From Taishania sp. (lineage in GTDB: Bacteria; Bacteroidota; Bacteroidia; Flavobacteriales_D; Crocinitomicaceae): DNA of 64,000 bases. Position 1 is the first letter of the stretch. Each line of letters starts with the position of its first letter. Where the stretch lies: contig JASLGM010000026.1 in NCBI GenBank assembly GCA_030150045.1, positions 37,182 to 101,181 of the forward strand, in the 5' to 3' direction. Both the position numbers and the translations under genes were made by a program. Of this stretch, positions 10,677 to 17,921 are shown piece after piece. The notes under the pieces are model-generated. The model searched no databases. It was not told the DNA's origin and saw nothing but the letters and a program-made list of their open reading frames with translations.

Positions 10677-10830
10677 GCAGCCAATTTCGGTCTACAGGCT
10701 TTAGTAAACGTGTGAAAAAGTGTTCACTTGCCGCACCCCACGTGCTTCCTTTGGTCGCAGTGGCGTACTTGCGTTCACAACTCTTTCACTTTGTTTAGCT
10801 GACGCCTTTCGCCCGGGCTGGAAAGATCTC
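10677..10830 (+). repeat. Rep-A structured intergenic repeat, copy 1
   Basis: GCAGCCAATTTCGGTCTACAGGCTTTAGTAAA...CCAC(G)TGC-TTCCTTTGGTC-GCAGTGG...TTTAGCTGACGCCTTTCGCCCGGGCTGGAAAGATCTC. Confidence 0.9.
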
Positions 10831-10912
10831 GGTTGCAAATAAACAATCCAATAAATAGTGAAATAAAGGAAATAAATTTTATACATGTACTTATTAGAAG
10901 ACCGTAAATCCT

Positions 10913-11029
10913 GCGCTAAGGATAGGAGTGGATAGCTCGTTTTTCTTTCCCTAATGATAGGGAAGGAAAACGACTAAGAACGGATAGCCTGACGCTTCCC
11001 AAATGTTTTTTTTGGGGAGGGGAGCGCCC
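10913..11029 (+). repeat. Rep-B structured intergenic repeat, copy 1
   Basis: GCGCTAAGGATAGGAGTGGATAGC, hairpin, ACTAAGAACGGATAGCCTGAC, hairpin, AGCGCCC. The closing helix is GCGCT/AGCGC. Confidence 0.9.
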
Positions 11030-11109
11030 TGATAAAAGAAGAGAATAAATAAAATTATGGTTTCTTTTTAGGGAAATTTAGCTTAATTCAAAGGGGATTA
11101 GCATGTTTT

Positions 11110-11124
11110 TGGCATGCCGTTTGC
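11110..11124 (+). promoter_or_regulatory. sigma-54-type -24/-12 promoter element (unit C2)
   Basis: TGGCATgccgtTTGC. The GG and GC are conserved relative to unit C1, while the N5 spacer differs. Confidence 0.35.
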
Positions 11125-11135
11125 ATTTTGTTATT

Positions 11136-11218
11136 CGGTTAGGTATTTCAGTCTATTTTAATCTATTTTAGGTATAAAGTAAAATCCCGAAGATCGTAAT
11201 TGATTTCGGGATTTTTTT
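11136..11218 (+). ncRNA. candidate sigma-54-dependent small RNA (unit C2)
   Basis: About 83 nt ending at the hairpin AAATCCCGAA..TTCGGGATTTTTTT (11182-11218). The body aligns with C1 (tctatttt-a-tcta..ttt..aggta). Caveat: the same hairpin also works as the terminator of the convergent gene at 11220-11906. Confidence 0.3.
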
Positions 11219-11219
11219 C

Positions 11220-11906
11220 TTATAAATTTTTCACCAATTCGAAGAGTTCTTTTTCGGCAATGAAGCCATCTGTACGGGTTACGAAAACGCCATCTTTGTA
11301 ATATTTCACAACTGGTAATCCGGTAACGCCTTCTTTTTTACACAAGTCTGGATTTTTGTCCGCGTTGATACGAATAACGGTTACGTCTGTTTCTTTGTCT
11401 AATTTTTCTAAGCTAGGAATCATGCGTTTGCACGGCGTACACCAGTCTGCATAAAAGTCAATAACAACAATTTTATCTTTTTTCATTAATTCGGAGTAGT
11501 TTTTCACTTCGTCTGTTTGCGCTTTGTCGTCGGCTACAGGAAGTTCGTTTTTTCTCCAATTCAAGATTCCACCTTCTAGTTCTACGATGTTATATCCTTT
11601 CTCAACCATCATTTTCGCTGCGTCGGCACTACGTCCTCCTCCAAAACAATAGATATAAACCGGTTCAGATTTGTCTAAATGAGACATATCTTCCATGAAA
11701 TTTTTAGACTTGTAATCAATATTGATTGCGCCATCAATTTTACCTTCCTTAAATTCTTCGGGTGTACGTACATCCACTAATTGCACTTTTTTAGCTGTTA
11801 TTTCTTGTTGAAAAGCCAAAGGAGTGACCAACGTTTTTTGAGGTGTTGTTTGTGCACAAGCAGAAAGATAAATGCTAAGGCTAAGTAAAAATATTAATCG
11901 TTTCAT
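11220..11906 (-). CDS. rhodanese-thioredoxin fusion lipoprotein
   Basis: Signal MKRLIFLLSLSIYLSAC. Rhodanese domain with active-site loop IYCFGGGRS, followed by a thioredoxin fold with WCTPCK. The ATG at 11906 is preferred over the TTG at 11927. Confidence 0.85.
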   Translation of the reverse strand: MKRLIFLLSLSIYLSACAQTTPQKTLVTPLAFQQEITAKKVQLVDVRTPEEFKEGKIDGAINIDYKSKNFMEDMSHLDKSEPVYIYCFGGGRSADAAKMMVEKGYNIVELEGGILNWRKNELPVADDKAQTDEVKNYSELMKKDKIVVIDFYADWCTPCKRMIPSLEKLDKETDVTVIRINADKNPDLCKKEGVTGLPVVKYYKDGVFVTRTDGFIAEKELFELVKNL

Positions 11907-12108
11907 AAAAGGATGTTTTAATTTCAAATTTACAAAGCTTTCTTGCGAGAAGGAAATATAAGGTTGTAAATAATGGTTAAATGTTTGTTGGATTAATGGA
12001 TTCTTAAAGAATTCTTTTCTGTGTAGAAAGCAAAGGAATTCATTTTTTTATTTGCATATTCGGAGTGTAAATTTAGGCAAGTCATATTGGTATAAATTGA
12101 AAGATGAA

Positions 12109-12831
12109 ATGGGAGGGGAAATAAAAGTGGAGTTGTGCGCGACGTCTGTTCACGCAATTCAATTGGCAAAAGCGTTGAAGTTTGATAGAATTGAGCTTTG
12201 TGAAAATTTAATTCAAGGAGGAATTACGCCTTCCTCGGGTCGTATTTTATTTGCGGTGGAGAATGAGGTAGAGACGCACGTGCTGATCCGACCTAGACCA
12301 GGTGGTTTCGTTTATTTCCCAGATGAGGTGAAGGTGATGTTACACGATATTCGAATGGCAAAGCAGTTTGGCGCTAAAGGAATAGCCGTAGGTGTTTTGG
12401 ATGAATTTGGTGCGATAAACAAAGTAGTTCTAGAACAATTTGTGGCTGCTGCTGATGGAATGGATGTTACTTTTCACCGTGCTTTCGATGATTGCGTTTG
12501 GGATTGGGATAAATCTTTAGATGTGTTGATCGAGTTAGGAGTTAATCGTGTTTTGACTTCAGGTTTAGCACGAAATGTTTCTTTAGGAATTCCTATTCTC
12601 AAGGAGATGAAAGAATATGTGAATGGGAAAATTGAAATTATGCCAGGTGGTGGAGTGAATGCGGCAAATGTTACGCAGGTTATTCGTGAGGTGAAACCGG
12701 ATGCGATTCATTTTTCGGGAACTGTAAAAACGGTTGTAGATGAAAATTCGCTTTTCACAGAATCTTTTTTGAAGATTGATGAAAACCGTGTAAAGCGAAT
12801 TTTAGAAGCTATAGAAATATCTAGAAATTAG
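12109..12831 (+). CDS. cutC: copper homeostasis protein CutC
   Basis: VELCATSVHAIQLAKALKFDRIELCENLIQGGITPSSG...IRPRPGGFVY...FHRAFD...MPGGGV is the typical CutC TIM-barrel pattern. The ATG at 12109 is preferred over the upstream TTG. Confidence 0.85.
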   Translation: MGGEIKVELCATSVHAIQLAKALKFDRIELCENLIQGGITPSSGRILFAVENEVETHVLIRPRPGGFVYFPDEVKVMLHDIRMAKQFGAKGIAVGVLDEFGAINKVVLEQFVAAADGMDVTFHRAFDDCVWDWDKSLDVLIELGVNRVLTSGLARNVSLGIPILKEMKEYVNGKIEIMPGGGVNAANVTQVIREVKPDAIHFSGTVKTVVDENSLFTESFLKIDENRVKRILEAIEISRN

Positions 12832-13691
12832 AAACGGTCCAGCACATAGATAATTAAATCTTCCATGGGCTGGCTGTAATCTTTTGAAAACTCTTTTTTA
12901 ACCCGATTCGCTAATCCTAAACAAATAGCGGAAGATTTATGCCCCATACCTCTAGATAAAGAGAAAAGGGCGGAGGTTTCCATTTCAAAGTTATTGACTT
13001 TTTCGGGTACGCCTTCAAACGCTGTTAAGCGATCAGCTAAACCTACCGAATGCGTTTTTAAGCGTAACTGTCGAGATTGAGGGCCATAAAAACCACTTGA
13101 AGTAACTGTGATTCCAGCATGTACTTTTGGTCCCATTAATTTTTGATTTAAATCTTCATCAGAAGCAATCATATAGGGAATAATGGTTTCTGGTAATGCC
13201 ATTGCTTTTTGAATCTTTTTAGCGTTTTCTTTTTCGAAATCGGTAAAATGGATGTCGTAAAAGTGAGCGATATTATCTAAGCCTACAGAATATTTAGATA
13301 AAATGTAATCGTGGACATTGATGTGGCCTTGTAAAATTCCACATGTTCCAATTCGAATTAATTCTAGCTGTTGATGTTTTTCTTTTTCGGTACGTGTTTT
13401 TAAATCAATGTTTACTAAAGCATCTAATTCGTTCATGACAATGTCAAGGTTGTCCGTTCCGATTCCTGTAGAAATTACAGTTAATCTTTTTCCTTTGTAT
13501 GTTCCTGTGTGTGTAACAAATTCGCGATGTTGCTGTTTGTATTCAATGTTGTCAAAGTAAGCACTGATTTTCTGAACCCGATCTTGATCACCTACTAGAA
13601 TGATTTTTGAAGATATGTTTTCGGGTAAAAGACCAAGGTGGTATACTTCACCTTTAGCGTTTAGCGTAAGTTCTGATTCTGGAAATGTCAT
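12828..13691 (-). CDS. nucleoside phosphorylase (PNP/UDP family)
   Basis: 287 aa with ISTGIGTDN, RIGTCG and FEMETSALF motifs of the uridine/purine nucleoside phosphorylase family. Confidence 0.8.
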   Translation of the reverse strand: MTFPESELTLNAKGEVYHLGLLPENISSKIILVGDQDRVQKISAYFDNIEYKQQHREFVTHTGTYKGKRLTVISTGIGTDNLDIVMNELDALVNIDLKTRTEKEKHQQLELIRIGTCGILQGHINVHDYILSKYSVGLDNIAHFYDIHFTDFEKENAKKIQKAMALPETIIPYMIASDEDLNQKLMGPKVHAGITVTSSGFYGPQSRQLRLKTHSVGLADRLTAFEGVPEKVNNFEMETSALFSLSRGMGHKSSAICLGLANRVKKEFSKDYSQPMEDLIIYVLDRF

Positions 13692-13699
13692 TTTGCTAA

Positions 13700-13729
13700 A
13701 ATAAGAAAATCCCGTTTTAAACGGGATTT
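13700..13729 (-). terminator. intrinsic terminator downstream of 13746-14483
   Basis: AAATCCCGTT..AACGGGATTT, followed by a T-rich tract on the minus strand. Confidence 0.55.
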
Positions 13730-13745
13730 AATTGAAGATTATTCT

Positions 13746-14483
13746 TTATTTTTTGTCCAGGGAACCAAATACTTTTTGAAGTAGATCTGTTACACGTGCA
13801 GATGCATTATTTCTGATTTTGTTTTCTTCATCTTGTACTAGTTTGAAAAGTCCATCAGTTGCTAAATCTAATACATATTCGTTTAAGTCAGGGTTCACCT
13901 TGTTCAATCCCATAAAAGGTGCTGCAGAGTTGTATTTTGTCATGATGGGATTCCATACATCTGTTAATTTCACTTTTTGAATTGCTTCGTTTACTTTTGG
14001 ACGGAAGGCCGCTTTTAATGCTTCACCTGTTGTTCCTCTTAGATAAGAAGTTGCAGCTCCATTACCTCCTTTTAAAATATTAAATCCATCTTGAATGGTC
14101 ATTGATGTAATGGCTGTTTTGAAAATTGGAAGAGCTTCTTTTACAGCTTCTTCTGCTGCATGATTTAAGGTTTGTTCGAATTTATCTATTTGACCTTGGA
14201 ATCCAAGTTCAATTGCTTTTTCTTTTACTTTGATTGCGTCTTCAGGAAATGGAAGACGAATTTGCGCATTGTTTAAAAAACCGTTTGTTACCGATGAAAT
14301 GTTTACAGAATTGGTAATTCCAACAGTTAGAGCTTCTTTTAAACCATTAACTACATCCGTGTTTGTTAAGGCGTTTGAAGAATTGTTAGAAGGATTGTTC
14401 ATCATTTCTCCTGCAATTTCATTCATTGTATCACAAGAATTCAGCACTAAAAACATGGCTGGAATTAAAAATAGTTTTTTCAT
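13746..14483 (-). CDS. secreted lipoprotein (DUF4197-like from memory)
   Basis: 245 aa with signal MKKLFLIPAMFLVLNSC and a helical composition. Family recalled, not searched. Confidence 0.7.
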   Translation of the reverse strand: MKKLFLIPAMFLVLNSCDTMNEIAGEMMNNPSNNSSNALTNTDVVNGLKEALTVGITNSVNISSVTNGFLNNAQIRLPFPEDAIKVKEKAIELGFQGQIDKFEQTLNHAAEEAVKEALPIFKTAITSMTIQDGFNILKGGNGAATSYLRGTTGEALKAAFRPKVNEAIQKVKLTDVWNPIMTKYNSAAPFMGLNKVNPDLNEYVLDLATDGLFKLVQDEENKIRNNASARVTDLLQKVFGSLDKK

Positions 14484-14524
14484 GGTTTTGTTTTAAAAAC
14501 CAAAGCTACCAATTTTGTACCATA

Positions 14525-14558
14525 AATAAAAAAGGAGGAAATATTCTTTCCTCCTTTT
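14525..14558 (-). terminator. intrinsic terminator of the first T9SS paralog
   Basis: AAGGAGGAAA..TTTCCTCCTT flanked by an A-run and a T-run, so it could act in both directions. Confidence 0.7.
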
Positions 14559-14581
14559 GTGTGTATTAATGATTTTGCTGT

Positions 14582-17278
14582 TTATTTCAAGACGTTAACT
14601 GAACCCGTATAGACTTCCTTTCCATCATTATTATTGTTTCTAACAGTAGCTTTCCATAAATATTGACCTGAAGGGACAATTTTTCCATTGTAGCTCCCAT
14701 CCCATCCCATTGATGGGTCGAAGGATTCAAAAATCATTTCTCCCCAGCGATTATAAATGGACAAAGAATAATTATATACATCAATTCCTTTAATGCTCAA
14801 TTTCCAGGTGTTGTTATGTTCGTCACCATTAGGAGTGAACGCATTTGGAGCATAAAACAAGATTTGATCTTCTATTTTTAAGTTTAGTGTTAATGTATCA
14901 TTACAACCATAAATAGACGTTACTATTAGTGTAATTGGATATTCGGCTTCTTCGCCCTCCGGATACTTAAAAATAGGATGTTCTAGGATAGATTGGCTAG
15001 GGATTGCACCTGGTGCTAACCATTCCCATGTTACAACATCTTCTGAAGATTTATTATACACAGGTACCGTCGTTTCAAAAATAGATGTGGGGTTATTATT
15101 GAAATTAAAACGTGCCGTTGGAGCAGGGAGGACATGAAAGAAATCTTCAAGTGTTGTCGAATAAACACAACCGAAAATGGATGTGTTTACAACAGTTAAA
15201 GTGTAGGGTCTTGGTGTGAAATATACATGTGAACCGCTGTCTCCATTCATGAAAACATCATTTTTAGTATCACCAAAATCGATGAATGTACTTTTCAATT
15301 CTCCAATGTTTGTAGAGGTATTGGTGAATTCCATTAGCCCCGGAGTACAGTCTTCATTTGATATTAATGTCAATTGGGGAGGGATTGGAGTGGGGAAAGT
15401 AATGTTCATACATGTGTTTACACTTTCAGATGTTCCACAAACTTCGGAAACCGCAACGCAGTATTCAGTGTTCGTTACAGAAGGTTGAACGATTACTTCT
15501 TGAGTTCGCCCTATTTCAACTCCATTTGAAGACCAATAATAAAGGTACTCACTTGAACCTCCTTCAACTGATACAGAAAGTGTGATTGCATTTTCTTGAC
15601 AGATTTGTGTGTCAGGAGTACTTGCAGTAATACTTAAGGGCAAAGGTTCGATTAAAGATTTTGAAATGTTGAAAGGACACCCTTTTGCATCTTTAACTAA
15701 TATATCGTGGATACCCATTTCCAAATCGTTTGCAAAGTCTTCGTTTGCTGCAGTCGCTTGAGGAGAAGTCGTCCATGTGTATGTGTATGGTGCTGTTCCG
15801 TTAGTTGCCAATAGTTTTATTTTTCCATTATCTGCTTTGTGACAAGTAATGTCAGTAAATGATTCTACAATGACATTTAGTGCAGGAATTTCGCTTATTG
15901 TTGCTACCGTTGTTGCTGTGCAGCCATTATTACTAGTGATTTCACAAGTGTAATCTCCTGCAACTAATCCTGTAATGGTTTGAGTGGTTTCTCCATTACT
16001 CCATAAGTACGATTGTGTACCTATTGCTGGTGATATTGTAGCTGTTGCAGTTCCGTCATTTCCATTTCTACAAGAGACCAAAGTTGTGGTGCTTGATGCA
16101 TTTACCGTTTTGTTTTCAACTACAACGGTAGATGTTGCAATACATCCGTCGTCTGTTGTTAATGTTACAGTATATGAACCTTCTGTAAGGTTTGATAAAT
16201 CAGGAGTTGTAGGGGAGCCTGGAGAGCTCCAAGTGTAAGAATATGGCCCCTGACCGTTGTTTACGAATGTTGTAATGGCACCTACACCCTGTCTACAAGT
16301 GTCAGGAACAGCTGTTGCTGTAATTTGACAAGGTTGTATGATTGAACAGTCTGTAGCTCCAGTTGAGCCATTGTTAGAGAATCCGATAGAACCTCTAGCG
16401 CCATCGTAGTTTGTTACTAATAAAACATATACTTCTCCTGGTTGAGCGTTATGGACATTAACTTCTTCTGTTGCAGAAGTAGAGTAGGAACAGTCTACAG
16501 TTTCAGTAAAACGATTAATACTATTGCATCCATCTGCTAAAGTGGGGTATGGGCCATAAAGAGCGAAGTCTACATCAACTGCACGACCTGTATTACTGGT
16601 TTGATGAATGGTTACATTTATGTCCCCTGCATCTTGGACCTCCATGTAAAGCCACATAGCATTTGGAGTTGAGGTTAAACAACTATAACCGCCAAGGTTA
16701 GTACTTTCTATATTACAATAATTGACCTCAGGCATTTCTGTGCAAAAACCTTGTGCTGAATTGCAGTTAGGGTTTTCTCCACCTATGCATTCTTCAGTGG
16801 CTGGGGGAGATGAGGCACAGATACCAAATGTACCTCTATTTGGACTTGATCCATATTTCCAGAATCGGATATATATTTCTTGACCTGGAGTAAGGCCTAA
16901 ACGTGAAATTCGAGGCATAGGATTAACACCTACATTGTCATTGCATTCAATGAGTCTAAAGTTCCCATTACAATTCGGAGCAGTGTAAATAGCCATTGCA
17001 CCATCGACAATACTCCCTGCGAAAGTTATGATAGAGAGCGAACCGTTTGCTGGTACGATTGCTTTATACCAAACATCAGGACCGGAATAGCTACCACAAT
17101 TAGGACGTGGAATCCCTGTGGAATTAGTTGCCCCTTCTGTCGTTCCCAAAATAGGAGAGCAGTTTACACCACTGTTAACAGTAAGTAAAGTTGCGTCACA
17201 AGGATTGTCACCTTGCCCAAAAGTTATGATGGAAAGAAAAGTACACGTAAGAAGTGCGAAAAAAAATCTAAAATTCAT
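14582..17278 (-). CDS. T9SS type-B sorting domain cell-surface protein (SprB-repeat adhesin-like), paralog 1
   Basis: 898 aa with a signal peptide. Two N-terminal Cys-rich modules (GDNPCDA..DVWYK..IECND), SprB-type repeats (CxNGNDG..PYxYxW), a PKD-like module (FGDT..HVY), and a C-terminal gliding-motility CTD FAPNAFTPNGDEHNN..IYNRWGEMIF..WDG..GQY. Confidence 0.92.
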   Translation of the reverse strand: MNFRFFFALLTCTFLSIITFGQGDNPCDATLLTVNSGVNCSPILGTTEGATNSTGIPRPNCGSYSGPDVWYKAIVPANGSLSIITFAGSIVDGAMAIYTAPNCNGNFRLIECNDNVGVNPMPRISRLGLTPGQEIYIRFWKYGSSPNRGTFGICASSPPATEECIGGENPNCNSAQGFCTEMPEVNYCNIESTNLGGYSCLTSTPNAMWLYMEVQDAGDINVTIHQTSNTGRAVDVDFALYGPYPTLADGCNSINRFTETVDCSYSTSATEEVNVHNAQPGEVYVLLVTNYDGARGSIGFSNNGSTGATDCSIIQPCQITATAVPDTCRQGVGAITTFVNNGQGPYSYTWSSPGSPTTPDLSNLTEGSYTVTLTTDDGCIATSTVVVENKTVNASSTTTLVSCRNGNDGTATATISPAIGTQSYLWSNGETTQTITGLVAGDYTCEITSNNGCTATTVATISEIPALNVIVESFTDITCHKADNGKIKLLATNGTAPYTYTWTTSPQATAANEDFANDLEMGIHDILVKDAKGCPFNISKSLIEPLPLSITASTPDTQICQENAITLSVSVEGGSSEYLYYWSSNGVEIGRTQEVIVQPSVTNTEYCVAVSEVCGTSESVNTCMNITFPTPIPPQLTLISNEDCTPGLMEFTNTSTNIGELKSTFIDFGDTKNDVFMNGDSGSHVYFTPRPYTLTVVNTSIFGCVYSTTLEDFFHVLPAPTARFNFNNNPTSIFETTVPVYNKSSEDVVTWEWLAPGAIPSQSILEHPIFKYPEGEEAEYPITLIVTSIYGCNDTLTLNLKIEDQILFYAPNAFTPNGDEHNNTWKLSIKGIDVYNYSLSIYNRWGEMIFESFDPSMGWDGSYNGKIVPSGQYLWKATVRNNNNDGKEVYTGSVNVLK

Positions 17279-17289
17279 TGTAGGATTAA

Positions 17290-17655
17290 TTAATATACAA
17301 AGTAGTTAGAGGAGTATGCTTCAATGGATGAATTTACTTTGTTGATGTGTGTTTTTATATCGATGATTGAAAAAGCACCTTTGGCTTTTGCGGTTAACTT
17401 TGATAAATCTTTAGAAATTTCGAATGAGACAATTCGAGTGTCTGACTGTAAAGATTTTTTTAATAATCTAACAGAGGAATGCTTTAATCCATATAAAATA
17501 ACTTCGTAGTCTGAGTAGACATTTGTAAAGATTGAATGCCCATTTTGTTTGTTCTCATTCATCTTTTGTTGTACTGCTAAAGGCATGTCGATATAGTCCT
17601 GCGAGTAAACTGAATTTGCAAGCAGTGTTATTGTTAAGGCAAAAAATATTTTCAT
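17290..17655 (-). CDS. small secreted protein of unknown function, partner paralog 1
   Basis: 121 aa from the ATG at 17655, with signal MKIFFALTITLLANSVYSQ. Ends 11 nt before the start of the adhesin gene. Paralogous to 20632-20997. Confidence 0.75.
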   Translation of the reverse strand: MKIFFALTITLLANSVYSQDYIDMPLAVQQKMNENKQNGHSIFTNVYSDYEVILYGLKHSSVRLLKKSLQSDTRIVSFEISKDLSKLTAKAKGAFSIIDIKTHINKVNSSIEAYSSNYFVY

Positions 17656-17874
17656 TAAAGGCAATTAAAAGGGTGTTAAGTTCAGTAAAAAGAAGAGAAT
17701 AATACAAGGAATAGTCGAAGTACGTAAAAAAAAATAATTCAATGGTAGTAGTCCTAAGGTGATTTCTTTTGTTTATATAGTAGGAGAAGTACCTAGATAG
17801 TGTTTTGTTCAGTAGTTATTTAATAATAATAAAAAGGAAATTTTTATTACTGTTATTATTGGTATGCTATAAAT

Positions 17875-17902
17875 GAAAAAAGCCGATCATATTTGATCGG
17901 CT
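17875..17902 (-). terminator. intrinsic terminator of T9SS paralog 2
   Basis: AGCCGATCA..TGATCGGCT plus a T-run on the minus strand. The same stem sequence recurs at 21209-21238. Confidence 0.8.
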
Positions 17903-17921
17903 TTTGTTTGAGAAGACTTGT

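Noticed and set aside
10677-10830. Rep-A or Rep-B as a known self-cleaving ribozyme (hammerhead, twister, pistol).
   Set aside because: No conserved CUGAUGA...GAAA core is present, and I could not map the invariant positions onto the ribozyme consensus motifs I remember. This rests on memory only, so a covariance-model scan is still worthwhile.
10701-10886. ORFs lying inside Rep-A or Rep-B copies (10701-10886, 31790-31984, 41841-42026, 50259-50474, 54907-55098, 62893-63129).
   Set aside because: The only similarity between them is the short stretch encoded by the invariant loop (for example LRPKEAR). Frames and flanking residues are not conserved between copies, so conservation acts on the nucleotide structure and not on a peptide.
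10913-11029. Rep-B as integron attC sites (imperfect palindromes with conserved ends and a variable centre).
   Set aside because: The box order is wrong. Rep-B reads 5'-GCGTTA...TAACGC-3', whereas attC reads 5'-RYYYAAC...GTTRRRY-3'. There is no intI gene, the copies lie on both strands, and the flanking genes are ordinary bidirectional chromosomal genes rather than promoterless cassettes.
10540-11218. The ~110-nt direct repeats flanking the first Rep-A/Rep-B composite as a target-site duplication.
   Set aside because: They are far too long and too diverged for a TSD. Each carries its own promoter-like box and terminator, so they are better explained as tandem paralogous units into which, or between which, the composite inserted.
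15216-16238. Nested antisense or alternate-frame ORFs inside large genes. Examples are 15216-15488, 15984-16238, 19357-19584, 21996-22223, 25294-25645, 34159-35358, 38973-39203 and 61303-62164.
   Set aside because: They lie entirely within longer ORFs that have strong domain evidence. Their own products lack motifs, which is the usual picture for shadow ORFs.
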